37,093 nt of DNA from Macrostomum lignano. Its lineage: Eukaryota. Where the stretch lies: assembly GCA_002269645.1 (NCBI GenBank), contig NIVC01004720.1:1-37093 (forward strand). Reading direction: 5' to 3'. Under the pieces are notes generated by a model. It saw nothing but the letters and a program-made list of their open reading frames with translations. It did no database searches and had not been told where the DNA came from. Each line of letters opens with the position of its first letter. Position 1 is the stretch's first letter. The position numbers were made by a program, and so were the translations under genes. Below are positions 23,411 to 33,684 of the stretch, piece after piece.

Positions 23411-24643
23411 GGTGGGATGATTATAATAATAGTTGCAGAAGGGCTGCGGGCAACCTGACGCAACGTCTTCGGCTACATCGTCCCACACCCAGCGCAGTGA
23501 GGCAATTCTGCCCATTTCGCTGATTCCTGAGTATGGTGCAAGCGCACCAATACTGTACACAGGCACGCACTCACTGTGTGGGATGTGTGAAATTGTTTGT
23601 GTATGTGTGGGATTCGTCTGTGAATTTATACATGGGGTTTTGTGGGGGATGCACTACATGTACATTGTGCCTGAAACATGGCAAGCCACGAAAGTCTGTA
23701 AGCTCTCAGCTGTACTTTTAGTTATCCAACTTTCTCTCTCACCCTCTGTTTACCCGGCTCGTTCAGTTTCATAAAGAAATTCGTTTCCACACAAAGTGAC
23801 GGCTTCCACCTGCGCGCGCGTGAGCGGCTCAATAAAGTTTCATTTTATTTGCGCTCACCTGCTCAGATTCTCGGCGATTTTTGAGCTCGTCCGATTTCAC
23901 ATCGCTCTCTTCACTCTCCTTCCCCTTCACTCTCTCTCCCAGCAGGATTTCACGCCTCGATGGGTTGAATTCCCTCCCCGCTTTCTGTTACACAGACAGC
24001 AGACATCACAGAGCGGAGGCTCAGAATAGTCAGCTACGAGCGTACATGCAGCGTCGCTTTATAGCGGCGTCGTCATCAGAAGGATCAAGGGATAAACCGA
24101 AGCAGGGATTAGCCGCTCTGATGTGGGATCCGGCGAATCGGGGAGAAGAGGCCGCGAGTATCTGGGGCCTGATCTCGTGGGAGTTAATCGGGAATGAAGA
24201 AAGTGAAGAGCAAGGAAGGAAAGCTCAAGCTGAGCTGCTAATCTAGAGATTTTTTCTGCTATTTTCTAATACCAGCGTAGTGCACCAAGTGGGTAGGCGG
24301 TCAGAGTCCACGTAAAACTCGGCTTGACTTGATTAGGACTGGTTGACTGGCTTGAGCACAACAGGAGCTGATGAGGCCAAGGGCCGGAAGCTGGCCACGC
24401 TGATGCATATATTGCGGTGCATGGCCTGAGAATAGGTAAAGAATTACCCCAGCAGCTCTGGGGCTAGGATGCGAGAAGTTGCCACTAGAGGATCGATAGA
24501 AGTGCTCAATTAGCTGCTGATGAAGGCCTGATGAAGGATTGAATCGATAGAGAGCAGCTGGACAGCTGGCTTACATATGTAAGGCAAACTGATCGATTAG
24601 ATGAATGAAAAAAAGAGCAGAGAACTCATCAAGCTGAACTCAC

Positions 24644-24662
24644 CTGACTGACTGTCCGACAT
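24644..24662 (-). CDS. TNFAIP8: TNFAIP8 putative first coding exon (MSDSQS-G, 19 nt)
   Basis: ATG TCG GAC AGT CAG TCA G|GTGAGT: a consensus donor in phase 1, as the acceptor at 22652 requires. The joined CDS is 660 nt (219 aa). Confidence 0.68.
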
Positions 24663-25274
24663 GAAAGCCAGTCAATTTTGGGCAGCTACCAGGTGCCTGC
24701 TGCCTTTGAGTCCAAGTCTATCGAATGCGGGGAGCAAGGGCGACGACCGTCTTGAGAGCCTGAGGGGCCGGGAGCTCCAGAGCCGGGGGGAGTCGAGATG
24801 AAGCAGCGGTGGGGGAGGCCAATAGCTCATTTTGTCAGGGCCGGCCGGCCATTGGAGGCTGGGGGGGGGGGGGGGAGGCGACTGCAGCTTTCGCCTACCG
24901 TCTCTTCCCCGTGCATTTATCGTACAACTCCTCCTTCTCCCTAGGGACTCCGCTCCCCTCCTACCAATGCCCTCCCAGCGTTCTCCTCCTCCCCCCACAG
25001 CCCGCCCAGACAGCTGAGCACGAAGTCAGTAGAGCCATGCCAGCTAACACCCCAGCCGTGGACTGAATGAGGGGGTAACATGTACTGTATAATCTGCTTT
25101 GAGAGGGGCCTAGTCTAGTTACACAAGATAGATAGCTTTCCAATTCACTAAAATCATTCGCTACAATACTGCACTGCTTTAACTGGCTAGAGAGCAGAGG
25201 TTGGCAAAAATGCTTTACCTCAGGGGCAAAACAGAGAATCCAGCTCATGATGAGAGTGGACAGAAGAGGGAATA

Positions 25275-25900
25275 GAATATGAGAGATGAGAGAAGAGATA
25301 AGAGGAGAGAAGACAGGAGAGAGGAGAGAGGGAAGAGAAGAGAGAGAGGAGAAAGAAGAGGGGAGAGGGGTGAGAGGGAATAGAGGGGGAGAGGAGAAAT
25401 AAGAGGGGAGAGGGGAGAGAGGGTGAGAGGGGAGAGAGGGTGAGAGGGGAGAGAGGGTGAGAGGGGAGAGAGGGTGAGAGGGGAGAGAGGGTGAGAGGGG
25501 AGAGAGGGTGAGAGGGGAGAGAGGGTGAGAGGGGAGAGAGGGTGAGAGGGGAGAGAGGGTGAGAGGGGAGAGAGGGTGAGAGGGGAGAGAGGGTGAGAGG
25601 GGAGAGAGGGTGAGAGGGGAGAGAGGGTGAGAGGGGAGAGAGGGTGAGAGGGGAGAGAGGGTGAGAGGGGAGAGAGGGTGAGAGGGGAGAGAGGGTGAGA
25701 GGGGAGAGAGGGTGAGAGGGGAGAGAGGGTGAGAGGGGAGAGAGGGTGAGAGGGGAGAGAGGGTGAGAGGGGAGAGAGGGTGAGAGGGGAAAGAGTGTGA
25801 GAGGGGAGAGAGGGTGATAGGGGAGAGAGGGTGAGAGGGGAGAGAGGGTGAGAGGGGAGAGAGGGTGAGAGGGGAGAGAGGGTGAGAGGGGAGAGAAGAG
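25275..25900. repeat. Purine-rich 17-mer GAGAGGGGAGAGAGGGT minisatellite with degenerate flank
   Basis: About 28 near-perfect copies at 25410-25890. Confidence 0.96.
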
Positions 25901-27519
25901 ATCTGAAAAGACGCAAACCTTGAGCAGGTCGGATTGCCATTGTGAAGTTTCAAAAGACCCGAGGGCCGGATAGAGAGGCTTCGCGGGCCAGATATTTTGA
26001 TTAGACCTGTGAATGCAGTATTTGTCTGTTTTTTACAGTGTAAACAGAGTGGACATTTTTGAATTGTAAATATTCATAAATAAGTTTCATATATAAAATA
26101 TCATGGACAGCTGAAGCCGAAGGACGGTACTCGCCATGAGGTCGATTGTCTCTGCGAAATGCATAGGCGAGATGGGGAAGTTTTCAGCATTTTAAACTTC
26201 CCAAAGAGGTTCCACAAAACTTCTGTTGTTCGTAAATTTCTTTCATAACGAATTTTTCACACTTGCAAAACAAGCAGGAGCAAAGCATACAATATTTACT
26301 CATTGTGAAGTCCAGAAAGTGATATTTTGGGAACTCAGTTAAGAAATACACTCGTATCCCATCTCGTTGATGCCATTTCCAGCGTCTATCTACTTTAGCT
26401 GTCCATGAATACTAAATAGAAGTCAGATTGGAAACGTTATTAACCAGGCGAGTAATTCATTTTTCGACCGGATATACAATCCAATGGCCATGGCTTGTGT
26501 AGGTCAATTACAGGATGCGCACTGCCAGTTGATGAGAGCATTAAGGCCTGAGACGTGCCTGCCCTTACGGCGGGTAGCATAGAGTAATTCCACTCTACGA
26601 TGAGGGAGCGCCCAGCCTGCATACCAAATCGCATGAGCGGTCATGCGTCAGATTCCTTGCCCTCTAGCAGTGAGCTCTTTTTCTAAAATCCTATTTTCCC
26701 TCAGCTTTTGCACTCTGCTGCCCGAGAAAATGTAATAAGCAGGCAGGCGGGCACGGCTCCGGCAGGCAGTGATGCAGCCTCGAGGCGGAGAGGCCGGCGG
26801 GAATGATGATGCCCTGGGAAGTCAGCCCATACTCGACCTGAATTGATGCAGAGATGAGAAAGAAAGCAGAGAAAGAAGTACTTTTCTTTGTTGTCTCTGC
26901 CTGACTGCGCCTGTGATTTGTTGCCAACAAAAATTCTTAGCCTGAGAATTGAATGCATTTTGTCCCAGGTGGCTTGTCACAATAGTCGCTATACACTGCA
27001 GCCTGTCACTTCGAATTCAGAGCGGCAAAGGGGCATGCGCAAACACATTATTTTTAATTATTATTATTATTATTTCATTATTATTGTGTATTATTTTTCC
27101 CGAATTTTCTACTAATCGGCATTCTGCAGGCGTCACTGCTTGTTGCATGAGGTCGGTTTTTCACAGTAAAGCAACGAAGACAAGGTTTCGGGTATTTATA
27201 GACCTAGGGCCATGCATTGCGCAAGTAAGAAGCCCAACAACAGTAGACTGAAGTATGCGGATTCTCCTGATACTCAAAGCTTCAATGGATCCGAATTAAA
27301 TTGCCTGACGATTAGAAAGTCACAAGGGCTGCTGTACACCCTGTGTGAGCGTGTGTATGAGTGCTGTGCCTGCGCGCTTGTATGCGATCAGGAGTCAGCG
27401 GATTGGGCAGAATTGCCTCAATGCTGGTTGTGCGCCAGGGTGCTCCAGCCGCTTCTATGAATATTTATTTATATTAATAATCGTTATCCAATATTGGTTC
27501 ATTTAACCTCAGTTGCCAG

Positions 27520-27921
27520 CACAGAATACCACAGAATGCTCATTCAGCCACCCTGAAGAAAAAATCTCAATGCGAAATTATTTTCGCTTTGTGCTACTCT
27601 TCGTGTGAAGCTTTTCATTTATGAACCTTTTATTGTTCTTTAAGTTAAATTGTTTACAGTTTTTTGCTAATACGGTATGGAATTCAATACTGGTTGAGTG
27701 ATTGTTATTCACCATAAGATCTTGCCAACTAAGTTTTATAACAATCGCATAATTTCAATTCCATCGACTGCTCTAGGAGCTCGCACAAGCAGTAAACTGC
27801 TACTTTAATGTTATCAATTAGTTACAACTACTTATAAATCTTCACAGGAAGAGTAGCATCTATGGTGTTTTAATTCGAGACGCATTCTACTAATCGATTG
27901 AGCATTCTGTGGTATTCTGTG
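27520..27921. mobile_element. MITE / non-autonomous DNA transposon, 402 bp, 23-bp perfect TIRs, 8-bp TSD
   Basis: CACAGAATACCACAGAATGCTCA (27520-27542) is the exact reverse complement of 27899-27921; flanks GTTGCCAG / ATTGCCAG match at 7 of 8 positions. Confidence 0.85.
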
Positions 27922-28612
27922 ATTGCCAGTGCTTCTTCTGCCTTCTGCATCTCACTCTGAGTGATCAAAACGTTTAACCATATATAGGTTTGCCATTTAC
28001 CATTAGTGCTGAAAGTTAAGCAGATTTAGCTGCGGTTAGAACATAGCTGAATAGACATGACAGTTCCCCTTTCCGTCAAACTGTCAAAAGCAAGCCGCTC
28101 TATGCTTACCACAGAAGAGACCGGATGCCAGAAAACGGATTAAAATTGTAATCCTGTAAATAAAGTCTACAGTTTTTAGAAAATATACAGTATATAAACT
28201 GAAATCAACCATTTGAAAATCTTCCAATTCCTTGATCCTTAATCCGCCACGCCTCTTATATGTCTCGTATTCTTCAAGCTAAATACGGCTACTAAACTCC
28301 TATTGCCGCACTCCATGCCTATGCATTAGTAATAATGTGGCAGTAAAAAAATATTCTTCCTATGCGAAGCGTCTCTCAAGCCCACTCCTCCGCTTCAAGC
28401 ATGCTTGAAGGGATTGAAAAAGGGAAGGAAAAAGAAAATTTTAAAAGCCAACCAAACTGCACAGTCCGCACTTTTCTCGACGAGAAGGATAGGGGGGGGG
28501 TCAAAGCTTGAAACTGTAACTCCATCTGCAGCCAATTTCACAGCAGCAGCTGTCGCAAATGCATATAACTTCACTGCAAGCCTCAAAAGCAAGCGAACCG
28601 GCCAGTTCCGTA

Positions 28613-29241
28613 ATGGACGAAGAAGCGCATCAGCTGGAACCGGTCGAGCCGGCTGGAAGTGGCAGCCAGCGGCAGCAGAAACTGCCGCAGCATCACTACC
28701 GCCCGCCGCCCATCAAGCAGCTGGCGCGGCAGTCGCGCTTCAGCGAACGCGAGCTCCGGCTGCTGTACCGCGGCTTCAAGCAGCACTGCCCAGCGGCCTG
28801 GCAACCGAGGAGCACATCTGCAGCATCTTCGGCTTGCTGTTTCCGTTTGGCAATCCGGCACCATTCGCTCGCATCGTCTTCAACTGGCTGGACGTTGACC
28901 GTCGAGGCGAGCTGCCGTTTCACCGCTACGTGGCCTGGCTGTCTCAGCTGGCCCGCGGAGGCCTGCAGGAGCGGCTCGGCTGGATCTTCCGCCTCTACGA
29001 CGTCGGGCAGGACGGCGACCTCACTAGCGAGGAGGTTCGCCAGTTCCTGCTGTCAGTCTACGAACTGCAAGGCGTTGGTTGCTCAAGGCGCGCAAAAGCG
29101 CCTCAGGAGCACGCGGCCGAGGTTTTCCGGCGGATGGACGCTGGCGGCAAAGGTCGAGTGGATTTTGAAGACTTTCAACGCTATTGTACAGAGTCGGATG
29201 CCATCGTGGAAGGTCTGGAGGTGTTTGATACCTGCCTGTGA
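28613..29241 (+). CDS. KCNIP: KChIP-like neuronal calcium sensor (intronless), with apparent 1-nt frameshift at ~28790
   Basis: HYRPPPIKQL..SRFSERELRLLYRGFKQHCP lies in one frame and continues as SGLATEE..IFGLLFP.G....FARIVFNWLD in another; this is the KChIP LYRGFKxxCPSG signature. WIFRLYD and EF-hand-like loops follow. About 209 aa after correction. Confidence 0.85.
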
Positions 29242-29411
29242 CACGGTGCTGCAGGTAAAATAGGAAGCTCAACAATGGACAAACGGGCTTTAATCTTTAA
29301 AAGGAAAAACATTCTTTCATTTCTACTCGTTAGTAACCGATTGCTTCAACGATAAAATTTCCCTTCGTTTCTATTGTACGATTTTTACATTAAGGAACTT
29401 TAGAAATCGGA

Positions 29412-29417
29412 AATAAA
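29412..29417 (+). terminator. Candidate polyadenylation signal for the KChIP-like gene
   Basis: AATAAA about 170 nt after the stop in AT-rich sequence. Confidence 0.35.
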
Positions 29418-30108
29418 CACTGATTAAGCGCAATAAGGTCAAATCGTATTCGACAAATTTATAGAATATTTCCAAATTTCAACCTGCAAGAATTTCCAAA
29501 AACCATATAAGCTGTTGCTTGCTTAGATCATTGTCTGCTATTTCCTTAGAAGGCTTGTCTCTTCTCAGCTCTCCTCTCTCCCCTCTTCTCTTTCCTCTCT
29601 TCTGCATCTTCTATTCCCTCTCCTTTCCACTCTCATCTGGCCCGCAGCCACGCGCTGGATACTACATGCGCTGAGGTAAAAAACTTGGTCTAGAAAATGA
29701 AGCTCATCTCCTGTTTAAGAGTATTTTTAGAACTTTAATAGTGCTCTTTGTGATAAATTTGAACAGAAAATCGCGGATAAAGTTTAGCTTTGAATTTTAA
29801 AAACCTTACTGCAGAAGATAAAATATTTTACCAACTGACTCACAAGAAGACAGAGACATATTGAAAATTCTGTTCAAAATTCATCAAAAGCAAGCCAGAA
29901 TGCAAATTTTATATTGAATTCATAAATAAATCGGATACTCTGTCTGCTCACGAGACCTCCACTCGCGTTATGGCGAAAAAATTTATTCATTTATTTTTTC
30001 TTTCGTTGCATTGGTTTGAAATTAATCAATAATAATAACAATAATAAAAGCACAAGCGACATCAGAAAGCATGTTCAATAACAGTGAAGTACCGCATTGG
30101 TGTGGCTG

Positions 30109-30582
30109 TCACACTGCACTTTTAGCCTCCAGCCGCAGGCCGACAGTCAGCCAGCCGGTCGGGCTGACATAAACGCAGTCATCGCCGCTGAGGCGTTGGC
30201 TGTCCATCAGCACAACGCCCTGACTGAGCACCGACAGGTCCTCCGGGGTGGCGGGTTGCGGCGCCAGCTGCAGCCGGGTCAGCGGCTCCCGGGCCAGCAC
30301 CAGGTCGGGGACGTCGGCTCGCTGACCGAAGACGGTCCAGGTGGCGAACAGGCGGCATTTCTGCGGAGCCGAGCAGCCGGGCCTCCGGTGCAGGTAGGCG
30401 ACAAGAACGGAGTCGTCTGCAGAGTCTGCAAGGCGCGGCCTGTCGGAGCACCGCTGGCGAAGCCGTCGGATTCGAATGGACAGCGACAGGTCGGCCAGCT
30501 GGAACACCTCCGAGTGCAGGTCGAGCGGCTGATCGGGCAACAGCAGCTGGTGCAGTGGCAGGTGCAGCTGGACCTCCGACAT
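30109..30582 (-). CDS. 157-aa intronless protein, probable stand-alone MATH/TRAF-like domain
   Basis: GC-rich ORF with ATG in GCCATG context. HSEVFQLADLSLSIRI...VLVAYLH...LFATWTV...LSGDDCVYV resembles MATH-domain spacing. AATAAA on - at 29982-29995. The family call is pattern recognition only. Confidence 0.6.
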   Translation of the reverse strand: MSEVQLHLPLHQLLLPDQPLDLHSEVFQLADLSLSIRIRRLRQRCSDRPRLADSADDSVLVAYLHRRPGCSAPQKCRLFATWTVFGQRADVPDLVLAREPLTRLQLAPQPATPEDLSVLSQGVVLMDSQRLSGDDCVYVSPTGWLTVGLRLEAKSAV

Positions 30583-31774
30583 GGCAGCAGCGACTTGTGA
30601 CGTCAGCAAGCTGCAGTTGGAACAACAGTTTGAAAAATGACAGTCGGACGAACCATGCTTTGAATTTTCAAGTGAATTTCAGCGAGTTGCAAGCTTGTAC
30701 ACGACATGTATATAATACAGTGCACCAATCTGTTAATAATCTTTTTTGCGCAGCCTTTCAAGTAGCCTTGGCCCACACGGCAAGGCAGCGGCGATCCTGT
30801 GGGAATTCCACGGAATTAGACGCGTCTATTTTTACTTGTACATGCAGCTAAAGACGGAGAGCCAAAAGTACTTCTTAGCTAAATGGCATGACATCAACAG
30901 GATAGGAGGTTGGATGAGAATCTCGTATTCGAAATGTACCATCCAACCGTACATTGCCATAACGGATGTTAGTGTCAGAAAATAATAGATACAGTGCCAG
31001 GAATTCACTGGGCCGGCCGCGTTTGAGCACAAATAGCTTGGATAGTCCATGGAAATACGCTGGACAATACGTGGAAATTCCGTGGGAAAAACTGCTGACT
31101 GTTTCGGCCGAGCAGAATATCGTATTTAACCAGTAAATAAATTGCAACATACGCAAGCACTCGAAATGCCGAGGGTGTCAGTCACTTAAAAAGACGAAGT
31201 ACGTGCGTGCTTTGGATTTCTTGCTGTAACTACACAGGCTACGACCTTCTGATTATCAGGGCATGTACATGTGCACTTTCTGTGTATTGGGCCGGGGTTG
31301 AATTACATGTAGTAAGTTGTAAGCCGAAGTTTTGGCTTTGACTCCCCTGCAAGTTTCTAAATACCAAAACAGCTTATTAACATCCAGTGAACTTACAAAG
31401 AAAACAAAAAGTGATTACTCTGCAAATTTACGCTTGTAGTTGGGGGGGGGAGTAGAGCAGCTTAGTGGTAAACGCTTCGTGCGAGATCACACCCATAGGG
31501 CCCAGTGGACAATACATTAGGGTGGCTCATGTGAATACAAACCTACAGCTGTAAATCGAAAGTCACCCTCTCCTTTCAAACTGTCAATTGGAATTAACAA
31601 TAAAACAAGCGTAGACAATTATGAAGATACTATTTAAACAGAATTTTCAACAGGGACTAAAAAAACATACTGAAATTTTTGTTAAATTTCTCTTTTACTG
31701 CTACTATAAGTAGAGCAAGATCGCAGTTAATGTAACGCGTTGAACCAGTATACTGTACCTGTGTTTACAGGGAC

Positions 31775-32625
31775 GTGTATTCGGCACTTCATCAGAAGTT
31801 CTGCAGGGCGCCACGCTGGCGCCGTTTCTCTTCGTGCTGCTGCTGGACTGGGTGCTTTGGACCGCACTCCCCTCGGATGACGACGGCTTCCTGCTGCGCC
31901 GACGTATCGGTCGCCGCCACGGCGAAAAGCGCCTGAGCGCGCTTGGCTACGCCGACGACCTCGCCCTCCTGTCCTCGTCCGTTGAAGGCTCCAGCGCCAG
32001 ATCAACAGGCTGGTCGGTCGAGGTGGCATCGAGCGTCAGTCTGGTTGTCAACACGCGCTGAAGATCGAGGTGCTGACTGTGCCGGCCGACATCACAGTGC
32101 CTCACGTGAAGGAAGAACCTCCGGCGGCGCAGAGGACTTGCCTGGGCGGCCTTCCGTTCGATCCGGGCCGTCCTCAAGTCCGAAGTGCTGCCCGAACGCC
32201 AGAGGGCTCGGCTGTGGCAGGCGATGGTCGAAACCGTCCTGCTCTACAACGCCGAGACGCGGACGCTGACGGCTACGCTAGAGCGGCAGCTGGACTCGGC
32301 GCACTCAGGGCTGCTCCGTGCGGCCTTTTGAGCTGAAGAAAGCGTCGGGACCGAGGCCCTGTACGATCGGGCCAAGCTGCAGCGCCCGTCCATCATCCTG
32401 CGCCGGCGGCGACTTAACTGGAGGGCCACGCGATCCGGGCCGAGGGCTACTGCCCCCAACCTGTTCAGGACGTCCTGCTGCTCACCTTGAAGGCCGCGTT
32501 CTCAGGCGGGGTCAGACCCAAACCTGTCGATACGTGGACTGCCTCCTACAGGACGCCGGGGCGCCCGACACTGCCAACGGGGCGACTTCGTCCGCTCTCA
32601 GGCTCTGCGGCGCGCGCGCCATCTG
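31775..32625 (+). mobile_element. Decayed non-LTR retrotransposon (RTE-like) RT C-terminal fragment
   Basis: VLQGATLAPFLFVLLLD and LGYADDLALL (YADDL at 31948-31962) are RT motifs. VETVLLYNAET.TLT...LD....LLR and YVDCLLQD follow in shifted frames. 5'-truncated and frameshifted. Confidence 0.88.
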
Positions 32626-32851
32626 ACGAACCCTGCTCTAACTGTCACCTTGCATGTGGGGCTGCGTATTTTGTTGTTTTTGTCGCAACTGTCGATTTTT
32701 ATAATAGGAAGCTCACCGGACAATACAATTTAAACTGTCCAAACGCATTAGAACTTGAAAATTTAGTTTATTTTTGCTGTTCATCTTCAATGAAATGGCA
32801 GGAGTAAGTTTTATTATAATAGATTAAAAGCACACGACAATTAATTAATGG

Positions 32852-33145
32852 CAGGGACGTCGCCATGAATTTTATGGTGCGGGAAAAGCCCAGAATTCTA
32901 CATGTACATGTATATGACTAAATTACAACATGTACATTATTTCCGAATCAGTGTTGTCATCGATCATTTTTGCGCCGCAGACACTCATTTTAGTGCCGCA
33001 GGCGCAATGTTTTGTCGCCCTGAAGCAAAATTGATTTCCATAACAGGTCAACAAGGTGGGTGGGGGGGACAAAGCATTGGCATGTTCCCATAGCTTTCCC
33101 TAGAAGCCATAGTCCCCTAGACTGTCCCGGTGGCGACGACCCATG
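32852..33145. mobile_element. Probable hAT-like MITE (~294 bp) with imperfect TIRs
   Basis: CAGGGACGTCGCCA at 32852 versus reverse complement CATGGGTCGTCGCCA at 33131-33145; flanks ATTAATGG / GTAAATGG match at 6 of 8 positions. Confidence 0.5.
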
Positions 33146-33612
33146 GTAAATGGACTATATAGATGATGACACTTACGGGTCGAAGAACTATACATTTGTA
33201 TAATTTACGACAAGCGCTATTGAAATACACACGCGAGACCAGAGTCAAATTTACTTCATAACCAGCTGAAGTTTAAGCAAATATTTCGATCCAAGTGCTG
33301 GAACGGAGACATTTCGAACTTGTTTGACGAACTGATTAACAAGACAAAAAAGATCCGAACAAAAATAATTTTAGTATTTAGTTCATTTTTTAGAATTAAC
33401 TCCAGTGTCTAATTATTTCAATTAGAACTTCATCATTTACACGTTAGAATTTTTAAAAAGCAATACGAATTTTGCCATCTAAAATGACATCTGTTTTACA
33501 ATTACAGGTTATAATTGAACATGTACAGTTAATTAATGAGAATATAGCTTAGATCTTTTGCCCTAATACATCATGCGCATTGTCAAGTCTTGTGATATAA
33601 GATAAAAACAAC

Positions 33613-33684
33613 ACTCATCTATATGATGGGTTTCGACCTTTCGGCCCCCTTTTGGGGAAGCCTTCGGGCCTCAGGTCTCAGAAA
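33613..33684 (-). other. Compact structured element with hammerhead-ribozyme-like arrangement (degenerate core)
   Basis: On -: CTGA-GACCT-(nested hairpins)-AGGTC-GAAAC-CCATC ATATA GATGAGT. Stems are visible by eye but the catalytic core is incomplete. Confidence 0.3.

Noticed and set aside
24368-24390. CTGATGA-GGCC-AAG-GGCC-GGAAG hammerhead-like string
   Set aside because: The core reads GGAA instead of GAAA and no stems I or III can be formed; likely chance.
24961-25953. 330-aa and 231-aa SPL-rich ORFs
   Set aside because: Translations of the 17-mer purine array.
28405-28612. ORF-track start for the EF-hand protein
   Set aside because: This N-terminal stretch has no family resemblance; the KChIP N-terminus is in the other frame from ATG 28613.
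30598-30605. Perfect CRE palindrome TGACGTCA upstream of the MATH-like ORF
   Set aside because: One 8-mer in 37 kb is near chance expectation, and it is only 16 nt from the ATG, probably in the 5' UTR.
30800-31090. 10-bp inverted repeat CCACGGAATT / AATTCCGTGG
   Set aside because: Too short, does not extend, and no TSD.
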